A stretch of 64,000 nt of DNA. Origin: Chitinispirillaceae bacterium. Its GTDB lineage: Bacteria; Fibrobacterota; Chitinivibrionia; Chitinivibrionales; Chitinispirillaceae. The translations under genes were made by a program, and so were the position numbers. Under the pieces are notes generated by a model. It worked only from the letters and a program-made list of their open reading frames with translations, was not told the origin of the DNA and did not search any database. Positions 1 through 9,584 of the stretch are shown here, one piece after another (the first letter of the stretch is position 1; each line of letters opens with the position of its first letter). The DNA is taken from NCBI GenBank assembly GCA_016929595.1, contig JAFGIN010000044.1:14269-78268 (forward strand), read 5' to 3'.

Positions 1-605
1 TCTACACTTTTAGGTGAATATAATTTAGCAAAACTGCCTGCCCCAAGCAAGGTAACAACACTCTTAGAAAAATCCAACGTGTATCCTAAATAAAACTGTG
101 GATGTCCACCAGAGTAGGTTAAATAAGAGTAAAGTTCATCCTGCATATACATTTTCTCAAAAGATGCACCTGTTTTAATTACATGCAGAATGTTTTTCTC
201 AGAGTAGGCCTTACAAAAAGACAGTAAGAGAAGTGATACTACAAAACTGGCAGATCCAACTTTGGTGTTATTAAAACAGCCTGGCACTCGGTACTCGTTT
301 CAACACAAACTTATAAATATGAGTAAATATCCGGTGTGCAATATACTAAATTATGAATAGTATTTCAACCATTTTTATCAATTCGCAATTTAATCGTATT
401 GTTTTTTACCTAAAATGCTACAAAGGAGTCCTGAAGGGGTAATAAAGATTGCTTGAGAGCAAATCGTCACAACAGTCCGGTTTTCAAGACCACAAAAATG
501 GTAACTTCAGTCAGGAAGAGTTTTAGTTGCTATACCAGTGGAAATGAGTTGAGATCTGAACTATATGCAGATTGTTAGAATACCCTGCATGCAGCACCTG
601 TACCT

Positions 606-2246
606 TCACACCATAGATTTGCACTCCAGATAATACCCGTAATTTCCCTCATAGACCTTGATTTCCCCCCGGTCTACCTCAAAAACCCGACTGGTAATCT
701 CCCGCAGAAAAAACCGGTCGTGACTGACAAGCAGCAGCGTTCCTTCATACCGTTTGAGCGCATTGAGCAGGACTTTCCGGCTGGTAATATCCAGATGGTT
801 GGTTGGCTCATCAAGCACAAGACAGTTGTACGGTGCAGAGAGCAGATAAGCAAGAATTACCCGGGTTTTCTCACCACCACTGAGCACCTTGATTTTTTTA
901 AACACCTCATCGCCTCTGAACAGAAAACCAGCAAGCAGATTACGCAGTGTCCCGTCACTGGCTTTGGGAAGCTTGCTTTGCACAACACCGAAAACCGTTG
1001 CATTTTCATCCAGCGATTCTACAGTACTCTGTCCAAAATACCCGATTGAAATACTGGGCCCGATGAGCATCTCTCCTGATGTCGGCGCTGTCTGGGCGCA
1101 AAGTACTTTGAGAAACGTTGATTTACCGGCACCATTGACTCCAACAATCGCGATACGATTCTGACGATGAATAACCGCATTTAGCCCTGAAAAAACCGGT
1201 TTGTCGCTCCCATCACTGTTTTTCCAGCTCTTGGCGAGATTTTTGACAATAGCGACATCATTGCCTCCCCGCGAAATTTCGGGCAGTTCAATACAGATCT
1301 CATCCTCATCAACCATCAGTTCGACCCGCTCGATCTTTTCCACCATTTTGACACGGGATTGCACCTGCGCTGCATGGCTGGCACGCGCCTTGAACCGGGC
1401 GATGAAATCCTCCTCTTTTCTGATCATACTCTGCTGACGATTAAATTCCGCTTCATTGTTACGTCGTCGGATCGCTTTTTCCTGTTCGTAAAAATCATAA
1501 TTACCGCTAAAGCTGGTCACTATACCCTGAGCGACTTCAATGATTTTGTTGACCACCCTGTTCATGAAATCACGATCATGAGTGGTCATCAGGATCGCCC
1601 CCTTAAAGGTGCGCAGCCACTCCTCAAGCCACAGAATCGTCTCCATGTCAAGATAGTTGGTCGGTTCATCCATAAGAATACAATCGGGCTTTGCTATGAG
1701 TACCCGCGCAAGCGCGATTCTCATTTTCCAACCACTGCTGAAATCTTCAACAGGCTTATCATGCTCTGATGGACCGATGCCAAGCCCTGTCAGAATCACT
1801 TCGGCACTGGTCTCACAATCGAAACCACCAAGCTTCTCATACTCAGTCTGATCCTCCCCCATCCTCTCAAGCACACGCGTCATCTCATCGGGATCCAGCT
1901 CCGGATCGCACAAACGCTCCTCATACTGTTTGAGATTTGCAGCCAGTTGAGCCACTCGATGATCTCCAGCCATGACCTCCGCAAGCGCACTGCGCCCTTT
2001 CATCTCCCCGACATTTTGAGAGAAATAGGCAATTTTCACCCCATTCTGAATACTGATCGCCCCCTTATCCGGAAGCTCCTCTCCTACAATCATTCTGAAA
2101 AAAGTTGTTTTTCCTGCTCCATTGGGGCCCACCAGCCCAACCTTCTCACCCGGATTAATCTGAAACCCGACATCCTCGTACAGCGGTATCCCGCCGGCAT
2201 ATTTTGTAATATTTGATATATTAATCATGGCGATAAAATATATCAA
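606..2246 (-). CDS. ABC-F family ATPase with two tandem ABC domains (Uup/EttA/YheS-like). The true start is probably the M at aa 7 (MINISNITKY...), about nt 2228.
   Basis: Two Walker A motifs (GPNGAGKTT and GVNGAGKST), two ABC signatures (LSGGEKTRV, FSSGWKMRIALA), and an inter-domain linker with no transmembrane segment. Confidence 0.85.
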   Translation of the reverse strand: MIYFIAMINISNITKYAGGIPLYEDVGFQINPGEKVGLVGPNGAGKTTFFRMIVGEELPDKGAISIQNGVKIAYFSQNVGEMKGRSALAEVMAGDHRVAQLAANLKQYEERLCDPELDPDEMTRVLERMGEDQTEYEKLGGFDCETSAEVILTGLGIGPSEHDKPVEDFSSGWKMRIALARVLIAKPDCILMDEPTNYLDMETILWLEEWLRTFKGAILMTTHDRDFMNRVVNKIIEVAQGIVTSFSGNYDFYEQEKAIRRRNNEAEFNRQQSMIRKEEDFIARFKARASHAAQVQSRVKMVEKIERVELMVDEDEICIELPEISRGGNDVAIVKNLAKSWKNSDGSDKPVFSGLNAVIHRQNRIAIVGVNGAGKSTFLKVLCAQTAPTSGEMLIGPSISIGYFGQSTVESLDENATVFGVVQSKLPKASDGTLRNLLAGFLFRGDEVFKKIKVLSGGEKTRVILAYLLSAPYNCLVLDEPTNHLDITSRKVLLNALKRYEGTLLLVSHDRFFLREITSRVFEVDRGEIKVYEGNYGYYLECKSMV

Positions 2247-2249
2247 ACA

Positions 2250-3449
2250 TCATGGATCAACATCAAGATCATGAAGCGATCGCTTAATCAGCAAATGTCG
2301 CTTTCCCATATTGTATGCATCCACCGCACGCATTGAACCAACTATCGAACCGGTATAAAACCCCGATCCCAGAATTACAGCGAATGCAGCTGCGCCGTAG
2401 TTCTCCTGCTGAACAAACCCCACAGTTGCCCATGCGATAAGTCCGTTCAAAAGCAGGGAGAACAATGCCGTCCTTTTGCGATCGCCAAGAGCATAGCCAG
2501 CTCCCGGAACAATTGCAGAGAGGACTCCTGCAGCCGCAGCACTGCGCTTGCGGAAATGATCGAGTGAATAATTGAGCGAATCGATTCTTCCAGGGTAACT
2601 TGCAAGCGGTGACCCTTCGAAAAAATCTGATTCAGTCAATTCCGGTACCGAATCGATATCACAGAAAAGTGCGTTCACCTTTGATAGAAGCCGGTATTCT
2701 CCATGGAGCACGGGTGTAGTGAAATACGACCTGTACTTCTCAAGCACTGCATACGCCGTCGGATACAAGCCCTCAGAATAGCAACGCTTTGCTGCAAGAA
2801 GATACAGCTCCCCCCGCAGGCATCTCTGCTCTTCAGGGAGCAACTTTACTAACAATACTACTTCTCGTGTGAATCGCCGGTAATCGTAAGCATAATATGC
2901 TGCGAAAGCGGCTTTTAAAATCGTCGCCGAATCCCGATCACACAAAAGACTGCGGACATATTCAAAATATGCCTGTTCATAAAAGCCGTTTCTGTAAAGA
3001 TAATTCCCACCGTTTCCCATTGCAGCTCCGTCAACACTCTTCACTATGGAATCCTTATCAGAAATAACAGACGCCACAACATTCTGGTACGGATGGTCTA
3101 TCAGGCGCAACCTTTGTTCGATTATAGTATCTGTATAGGTATTGAAGTCGTGCCCGCACCGCAGCAGACGATCACAGATAAGCGGACAGGCCTGTAAAAG
3201 TGAGTAGTGCTCGATCACCCCTCGTGCATATTGCGAGCATGATGGATACATGGGGCAGTGCCTGCCGTCCAGAGGTGAAAGATAATACTGGTAAAAATCA
3301 AGAAAAAAAACAGGGTGTTTTTTCAATCCCACCCCTTCAGAGACTGGTAGTAAATCGATATCCTGACTAGTAACTGCAGCAAAAAACAGAAATATCATTT
3401 GTAATACGCATCTGCATCGTTTTCCATTTTCAGTGTAAACATTCTTCAT
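2250..3449 (-). CDS. Multidomain membrane protein with an N-terminal YidD-like domain (membrane protein insertion efficiency factor, DUF37/haemolytic domain). It is fused to a helical TPR-like region and two C-terminal TM helices.
   Basis: HCPMYPSCSQYARGVIEHYSLLQACPLICDRLLRCGHDF matches the YidD signature (C-x-YPSCSxY ... RLLRCHP). A hydrophobic N-terminus and C-terminal hydrophobic helices are present. Confidence 0.6.
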   Translation of the reverse strand: MKNVYTENGKRCRCVLQMIFLFFAAVTSQDIDLLPVSEGVGLKKHPVFFLDFYQYYLSPLDGRHCPMYPSCSQYARGVIEHYSLLQACPLICDRLLRCGHDFNTYTDTIIEQRLRLIDHPYQNVVASVISDKDSIVKSVDGAAMGNGGNYLYRNGFYEQAYFEYVRSLLCDRDSATILKAAFAAYYAYDYRRFTREVVLLVKLLPEEQRCLRGELYLLAAKRCYSEGLYPTAYAVLEKYRSYFTTPVLHGEYRLLSKVNALFCDIDSVPELTESDFFEGSPLASYPGRIDSLNYSLDHFRKRSAAAAGVLSAIVPGAGYALGDRKRTALFSLLLNGLIAWATVGFVQQENYGAAAFAVILGSGFYTGSIVGSMRAVDAYNMGKRHLLIKRSLHDLDVDP

Positions 3450-3460
3450 AGCTGTGGTAC

Positions 3461-4399
3461 TCAGGGTATACTGATTGAAAATGAGATGGTCGGCATATGA
3501 CCATAACGGGAGTTGTCACCTGGAGTCTCGAACATGTTACTGTTTTCATGTGAAATAAGGGTGTAACTGAATTCTAAAACACCGTGAATTTCATCAAACG
3601 GCATAAAAATACCGATTCCGAAATGAAATGCCGGACACCATTGACTAAAAGTGATTTTGCGATTCGATACAGTACCATTAAATGACTGTTTTCCCCGAAC
3701 AGCTTCTCGTTTGTAGCAAGCACCACCACCAAATGCGAGGTATAGTGAACGGCTCGGCGTTGGCGGTACAAAAAGTATCTGCCCTTTAAGTGGCAGAATA
3801 AATTCATTGCCGTTCTCACCCGAAAAAACCGTTGTTCCAATCTTTGACCCATCAACAAACACATCCTTTTCCATATCGACCAGAATATTATCCAGGGCTG
3901 CCGATGGCTCAAGGGAGAGTCGCACACCGAAAAAAGTATCCGGAAACCATGTCAATGCAACAACTCCGCCCGGGACAAAACCGGCTGCAATACTTTTACT
4001 ATAGATAATGCCTCCCATGACAATTCCACAGGAGAAATGCAATGGTGAGGTGGAATAGCCGCACGGCTCAGTATTCTCTACGGTAGTAGTTCTTTTTTCG
4101 TACGGCAGCCGATCATTATCAGATTGATCACTACTGGAAGAAGAGGCAATATTTCCCACACCACTGAATATTCCATCAATGCAACCACTAATACAGTCAC
4201 CAGACAGATCGCTAAGGCAATTACCCATACAGGAACTCAGAAAATCCCCGCTTCCCGAACTTCCCCCCGACTCGCTATCATCTGATGATGTGTTTTTTTT
4301 TCTGATCCTGATACGACCGTAGGTGGTGTCGCTATCAGCTTCAGTGAGTAACGGTACATTCAAAATGAAACATATGAAAAGAATTATTATTTTTGGCAC
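3461..4399 (-). CDS. Secreted hypothetical protein with a Ser/Gly/Cys-rich low-complexity N-terminal region and a beta-rich C-terminal part. Its function is unknown.
   Basis: Signal-peptide-like start MPKIIILFICFILNVPLL and the cysteine pattern SSCMGNCLSDLSGDCISGCIDG. It sits 12 nt upstream of, and co-oriented with, the YidD-fusion gene. Confidence 0.5.
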   Translation of the reverse strand: MPKIIILFICFILNVPLLTEADSDTTYGRIRIRKKNTSSDDSESGGSSGSGDFLSSCMGNCLSDLSGDCISGCIDGIFSGVGNIASSSSSDQSDNDRLPYEKRTTTVENTEPCGYSTSPLHFSCGIVMGGIIYSKSIAAGFVPGGVVALTWFPDTFFGVRLSLEPSAALDNILVDMEKDVFVDGSKIGTTVFSGENGNEFILPLKGQILFVPPTPSRSLYLAFGGGACYKREAVRGKQSFNGTVSNRKITFSQWCPAFHFGIGIFMPFDEIHGVLEFSYTLISHENSNMFETPGDNSRYGHMPTISFSISIP

Positions 4400-4481
4400 A
4401 GGAATACCTCTTTATACGTACAACACAAGAATTTACCTGCAATATATACTATGGGGCTTTTACTTTGAATACTCGTCGCAC

Positions 4482-5798
4482 CTAAAAATACAATATCCGC
4501 TTTCCACCTTTAAAAACACTGACCCGACGAGTCGATTCTGATAGTGCGACAGCAATCGCTCTGGTTGCACAACTGATATTTACTGCTGCTGTATGACGGG
4601 CACCGAACCCTTTGAGAAGTGGATCCTGATTATTCTCAGCTTTCAGAAATACACTGGAGGTAAGAATGACTCCATCCCCCCTGATAATAAAAGCTCCATC
4701 GAGCTTTGAGAACTCCTTGATAGTCGCTTCCAGGCCAGGATCAAGCACATTACGGTTCTCTTCACGGTAGCCACCAAACGGGTTTACCACCATCTGCTGA
4801 CAGGATTTCAGAACCTCTTCAGAATCCCCGAGGATAAATATTGTACCAACCGGTTTCCCCTCCCTCCCTTCAGCAGCCAGTTCGCCTGCGATCTGGATAA
4901 TTCTGGCCAGAACATGATGTTCAAGGTCAAGGGGGCGACTCTCGGTACTGGTAAGGAAGAAAAGGTCAAACCTTGACGTATCGGATATAAGTAATGAATC
5001 GATTTTTCCGGAACCCGGTTCACCCAGAACACTGATAATACGGCTGTTTTTCTTTAACAGACCACGTGAAATAAGGTAGATAAGAACTAGCTCAGCCTGA
5101 CTTGTACGATTAACATTTCCAAAAGGAAGCTGAAGAATTTCATTGACACCTGCAATCTTTTCCGGGTAAAGATTCGGATCTGGACAGACAAGATAGAACG
5201 CGCCCTTAAATTTTTTCAGGTTTACCGGTGGGATACCTTCAGTAACATCATGATACACAATTGCAGCCACATTAAGTTCAGATCCGAGTTCACAGGCTTT
5301 TTCCAGCATGTGTGAGGCAGTGAGCTGCGCGGTAGTCAATTTTCCTGACCGTCGTACTACTGCGGGTGCTCCATTAAGGAGATTGAATAGTTTTTTAGTG
5401 CTTTTTGCTTTCAGTAATTCTTCTACAGTTTCAGGATCATTCAACCTTTCAGCTACCAGTGCCAGTATCTTGAGATGTTCAAGCCCATCTCCAACAATCA
5501 GAATGATTAACCGGACTTTTGTGGGATCATTGGGATCGTAATCGATTCCCTCAGGACTTAATCCGATTGCCGCCTGCGTTGATTTGAACCCGGGTATCAA
5601 CGCATGGGGAATGGCGATTTCAGGAAGTAATCTGGTTGAAATTGTCGCTTCGCGTTCCTGCACGAGATCGAAAATCTGATTACGCTCGATTCCATGTGCT
5701 TCAGCGTCAATAAGAGCAATCAACTCCTTAAACGCTTCATCCCGTGTTCTGGCTTTCAGAAGTGTGGTACGTTCTATATTGAAAAATTCACTTGACAA
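4482..5798 (-). CDS. Diadenylate cyclase (DAC domain, c-di-AMP synthase) with an N-terminal PTS EIIA type-2 (PtsN/EIIA-Ntr-like) regulatory domain.
   Basis: The C-terminal part (LDGAFIIRGDGVIL...GARHTAAVNISCATRAIAVALSESTRRVSVFKGGKRI) matches the DGA and RHRAA motifs of the DisA_N/CdaA DAC domain. The N-terminal part (LPEIAIPHALIPG with a conserved His) matches PTS_EIIA_2. Confidence 0.75.
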   Translation of the reverse strand: MSSEFFNIERTTLLKARTRDEAFKELIALIDAEAHGIERNQIFDLVQEREATISTRLLPEIAIPHALIPGFKSTQAAIGLSPEGIDYDPNDPTKVRLIILIVGDGLEHLKILALVAERLNDPETVEELLKAKSTKKLFNLLNGAPAVVRRSGKLTTAQLTASHMLEKACELGSELNVAAIVYHDVTEGIPPVNLKKFKGAFYLVCPDPNLYPEKIAGVNEILQLPFGNVNRTSQAELVLIYLISRGLLKKNSRIISVLGEPGSGKIDSLLISDTSRFDLFFLTSTESRPLDLEHHVLARIIQIAGELAAEGREGKPVGTIFILGDSEEVLKSCQQMVVNPFGGYREENRNVLDPGLEATIKEFSKLDGAFIIRGDGVILTSSVFLKAENNQDPLLKGFGARHTAAVNISCATRAIAVALSESTRRVSVFKGGKRILYF

Positions 5799-5980
5799 TG
5801 TATCCTCCGCAGTCCCCCGTGCACTATTTCCCGGTCATATGATAGCACTGTAACGTATCGCGTAGAAACGAGTACGTAAATTTCATCACAGGTAATCATA
5901 CAATATAACCTTTGCATGATTAGAAAAACAATGTATTGAGCATGATTACATCAACTACGATCATTTTCAGAAGAGCATTT

Positions 5981-6820
5981 TTACCAGTGAGGTTGATTGC
6001 CGACATTTTCCCCAGTCACATCACTGGCATCCATAATTGCAACGAAGGCATCAGGATCTCTTTTCATGATCAGCGATTTGAGAGTTGGCACTTGGGTCTG
6101 ATTAATAACAGAATACAGAACTGACATATCGGTCCCCAGAAATCCTCCCCTTCCCTGCAGTAATGTCACTCTCCACCGATTACCATTATTGATGTCTTCG
6201 ACAATTTTTTCCCATTGTGAAGAGATAATAATAACCACCCTCCTTTTTGATAAACCATGAAAAAAATAATGAGAAATCCTCGCACTTGTCACGATAAAAA
6301 CGACTGTATACAAAACACTTTCCAGAGGAAACAACACCAGCGAAATGATCATCACTACAGCATTTATTATAACGCTTCCCAAACCTATAGACAAACCAAA
6401 AAGTTTGTTTAAAATGGCAACGATAATTTCAGACCCTCCGGCAGTCCCGTAGGAACGCAGCATTATTGCTATACCTGTACCGTTAATAGTACCTGCAAGG
6501 CCTGCAGCCAGCAGTTTATCGGTAATCGGAAGCTTTATTTCCGGCATGAAAAGAAGAGCTGAATAGATCACAATTCCCCATGCAGTATAGAGAACAAACC
6601 GTAACCCCACGAATTTAAAACCCAGTAAGAACGCCGGGATATTAATTAACATGTAAATTAATCCAACCGGCAGAAGTTGAGATTTGTGATAAATGATCAG
6701 CGACAGACCCGTCAGGCCGCTTGAAAGAAACCCAAACGGTACCAGCACCGCCTTGAGTGCAAATGCACACAATGCACTTCCAATAATCAGCAGTAATGTA
6801 TTGTAAAAAAAATTTTTCAT
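5981..6820 (-). CDS. YitT-family membrane protein (DUF161 membrane repeats plus a C-terminal DUF2179 domain).
   Basis: Four or five TM helices, followed by a soluble C-terminal domain (RVVIIISSQWEKIVEDINNGNRWRVTLLQGRGGF...MKRDPDAFVAIMDASDV) typical of DUF2179. Confidence 0.6.
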   Translation of the reverse strand: MKNFFYNTLLLIIGSALCAFALKAVLVPFGFLSSGLTGLSLIIYHKSQLLPVGLIYMLINIPAFLLGFKFVGLRFVLYTAWGIVIYSALLFMPEIKLPITDKLLAAGLAGTINGTGIAIMLRSYGTAGGSEIIVAILNKLFGLSIGLGSVIINAVVMIISLVLFPLESVLYTVVFIVTSARISHYFFHGLSKRRVVIIISSQWEKIVEDINNGNRWRVTLLQGRGGFLGTDMSVLYSVINQTQVPTLKSLIMKRDPDAFVAIMDASDVTGENVGNQPHW

Positions 6821-7315
6821 CGTTAAGCCCCTAAACCTGTAAACAGAAAAAAACAGCTGAAGTATCCACTAAGTGAACACTACAACTGCTCTGCAATGAA
6901 AAAAACACTGTATAAAAAACCTGCAACCACGCAAGAACCATACCAATTATAACAGGTCAAAAATTCACTTAAAAAAAGAACTCTTCTTTATAAGATCAAC
7001 AGTTTCTTACTAAAAACAGTGAAAAAATAAACTTTTGTTAAATTGTATCTTGTTTACCTTCTACAAAAGTGGTCTTTTTCCTGCAGCACCTGTAAACCCA
7101 CTGAGTATGTGTGTACAAAACATACACTGATTTACCTGTGAACATAGTCTCTTGAGCAGAAGCGATTCCGGTATATTTTGCCGTTTGTGACAAGTTCACA
7201 ACGGTTGGGCGGGGGCGTTATTTCCGCGTCGCGGCAAAAAGTGACACTCAATTGTAATCAATACAAAATGTTAATCCTGGCAAACAGTGGGAACGGCAAC
7301 ATTACCCACACGGCA

Positions 7316-7981
7316 TCACAGAGGACGACGTCCCTTTACATTGTCAATAAGAAGCGAGTCCCTTACAATCTCCTTACCGGTTACCGTTTCAACAACAACC
7401 GACAGTGGCAACACCGATTCATTTTTATAATGGAAGCGTGCCCGTTCATACACTGTCCCGTTGGAGGTAACAAAAGCGATTTCCCGCCATCGGCGGCTAT
7501 CCCGATCCAGGGACAAAAGGTATTTTCTTTTACCGGCACTCGCAGAATACACCATCACTGAATCAAATGACCCCTTGCAGACAATATCGTGCAATTGACC
7601 ATAGCAGTAAATCATTAAAAGATGAAACGGATCACATTCAACAACATCCCTGTATCCCCGGTTCCTGAAATGGCCCTTTTTTTTATCTGTAGTGATAGTA
7701 GCACTATCCGAGTAGGTTACGGAATATTTAAGCGGTTTTGAATAGGCAATCGAAATCGTACTGTCATTTGAAAAATTTGCTACACCGGATACTGCCAGTG
7801 GAAACGAACGATATGTCTGAATCCTTTTAAAGGATACCTGCAGAGGATATTTAAGATCAGCACGACCTTCAACAACTGAATGCGACGAGTCAAATGGTGC
7901 AGATGTGACAATTCCACATGTTATCAGAACCAGACAATGGATTTTTAATTTAAACAATGATACGATTTTACGGTGGCTCAT
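7316..7981 (-). CDS. Hypothetical secreted protein.
   Basis: A 221 aa ORF with a signal-peptide-like N-terminus (KIHCLVLITCGIVTSA). No recognisable domain. Confidence 0.45.
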   Translation of the reverse strand: MSHRKIVSLFKLKIHCLVLITCGIVTSAPFDSSHSVVEGRADLKYPLQVSFKRIQTYRSFPLAVSGVANFSNDSTISIAYSKPLKYSVTYSDSATITTDKKKGHFRNRGYRDVVECDPFHLLMIYCYGQLHDIVCKGSFDSVMVYSASAGKRKYLLSLDRDSRRWREIAFVTSNGTVYERARFHYKNESVLPLSVVVETVTGKEIVRDSLLIDNVKGRRPL

Positions 7982-8097
7982 AGTTTTCTATCTAATTGAA
8001 GTGTAGAGTTACTGTTTTGTATCCTGAATTCTGGATACCTGAGTAGTAACAAGATATATTTAATATAGTATCTAAACTATCATAAAAGGATTGATAT

Positions 8098-9051
8098 ATG
8101 TCTCGAAAAAAAATCTCGATTCTTGCAACCCTGGCAATATTCTTCTGTTTCTCAAACGCCTTTCCACTTGTCGGTTTTGGTGTTCACTGGGGTAACGACT
8201 TTAGCCTCTCTATGAAAGATAAGATCGGTGAACAGTTATCTTTTGAGAATCTGATGATTAATACAACAAATATTCCCGGCACTATTCCACCATATCTTCC
8301 TGAAATAACAGGTAAGTATCTGCCGTTGTATGTCGATCGGTCAGACTGGACCAGAACGCTGTTCAATCTCGGAGGAAAAATCTATGTCGATGCTATTCCT
8401 GTACTCGACGCCATTGAATTAAGTGCAAATTATGGAGTTTGGGAGTACAATGGACAGATCAGATATCCGAAATCACTCCAGTTTAAATCCGATGTTCCAG
8501 CAGTACCAAAATCACCTGATGAAATTTTTGATATCGTGTACGACACACTTCCGATCACCCTTGAAGAATATGATTTGAAAGTACCTGGAATTAAAAGAAC
8601 TCCTTATATGAAGTTGAACCTTGATCTTACTATCAGAAAATATCTGCTCCGTTTTCCACCGAAGCTAAACTGGTTCAGAATTCACGCCGGTGGTGGCGCA
8701 AGCCTTAATTTTGCTACACCACTTCTCAGTAAGGGGCTTATTGAAGACGCACTTGGAAGCAAACTTACCTCAACCAAAGACGTTGGCGCTCTTACAACCG
8801 ATCTTTTTGGTACCGACAGCAAAGCTTCAAAAGAGATTTCAAAAAAAATAATTAAAGAGATCATGAGCAATATGATGACCCCGCACTGGGGATGCCATAT
8901 TGACCTGGGTGTAATGGTTAAAATTCCCATAATTCCACTCGGGTTTTACGTTGATGGAAAATTTATGATTCCATTTGGAAAAATGGATGAACACGTTGAT
9001 ATAAACGGGTTGGGAATGCTCGTTAATAGCGGTGTAAGTCTTAATTTTTAG
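8098..9051 (+). CDS. Hypothetical secreted or outer-membrane protein.
   Basis: Signal peptide (ILATLAIFFCFSNAFPLVGF), an AAGGA Shine-Dalgarno site upstream of the ATG, and a beta-rich composition. Confidence 0.5.
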   Translation: MSRKKISILATLAIFFCFSNAFPLVGFGVHWGNDFSLSMKDKIGEQLSFENLMINTTNIPGTIPPYLPEITGKYLPLYVDRSDWTRTLFNLGGKIYVDAIPVLDAIELSANYGVWEYNGQIRYPKSLQFKSDVPAVPKSPDEIFDIVYDTLPITLEEYDLKVPGIKRTPYMKLNLDLTIRKYLLRFPPKLNWFRIHAGGGASLNFATPLLSKGLIEDALGSKLTSTKDVGALTTDLFGTDSKASKEISKKIIKEIMSNMMTPHWGCHIDLGVMVKIPIIPLGFYVDGKFMIPFGKMDEHVDINGLGMLVNSGVSLNF

Positions 9052-9065
9052 TTCAGGAGTATTCA

Positions 9066-9584
9066 ATGAAAACCCTCTGGGCACCCTGGCGAATGCAATA
9101 TATTCAGGGTGTCGATAATAAAGATGACAGCTGTGTATTTTGCGTAAAACCATCACAGGATGATGATCGCAGTAATCTCATCCTTTACCGTGGAAGAAAA
9201 ACATTTGTACTGATGAACCTGTTTCCATATAATAATGGGCATCTGATGGTAATCCCTTACCAGCACACATCAGATATTCTCTCAATTGATGAAGAGACTA
9301 CCGTTGAGATGTGGGATCTTCTGAAATTGAGTAAAAAGGTCCTGACTGCAGCGTTTCATCCGGAAGGTTTCAATATTGGGATGAATATTGGAAGGGGAGC
9401 TGGGGCTGGTATCGATCAGCATATACATTTACATATTGTTCCACGATGGAATGGTGATACCAATTTCATGCCGGCAATAGGTGAAACCAAAGTAATCTCT
9501 CAGGCACTTCATGATACCTGGGACATTCTTTCTGCTCATTTTAAAACATTGGGTTCCAACTCAACAGAACCAGTACCCGGCTGA
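9066..9584 (+). CDS. HIT (histidine triad) family nucleotide hydrolase.
   Basis: The DQHIHLHIVPRW histidine-triad motif, and an AGGAG Shine-Dalgarno site before the ATG. Confidence 0.8.
   Translation: MKTLWAPWRMQYIQGVDNKDDSCVFCVKPSQDDDRSNLILYRGRKTFVLMNLFPYNNGHLMVIPYQHTSDILSIDEETTVEMWDLLKLSKKVLTAAFHPEGFNIGMNIGRGAGAGIDQHIHLHIVPRWNGDTNFMPAIGETKVISQALHDTWDILSAHFKTLGSNSTEPVPG

Noticed and set aside
6821-7315. Looked for a c-di-AMP (ydaO-type) riboswitch upstream of the YitT gene, given the adjacent DAC gene.
   Set aside because: No recognisable conserved riboswitch core could be identified by eye. It is not claimed. An Infernal scan would be needed.
7178-7561. Plus-strand ORF of 127 aa overlapping gene 7316-7981.
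   Set aside because: It shows low-complexity translation, no Shine-Dalgarno site, and overlaps a minus-strand ORF that has a signal-peptide-like N-terminus. It is more likely a spurious antisense ORF.
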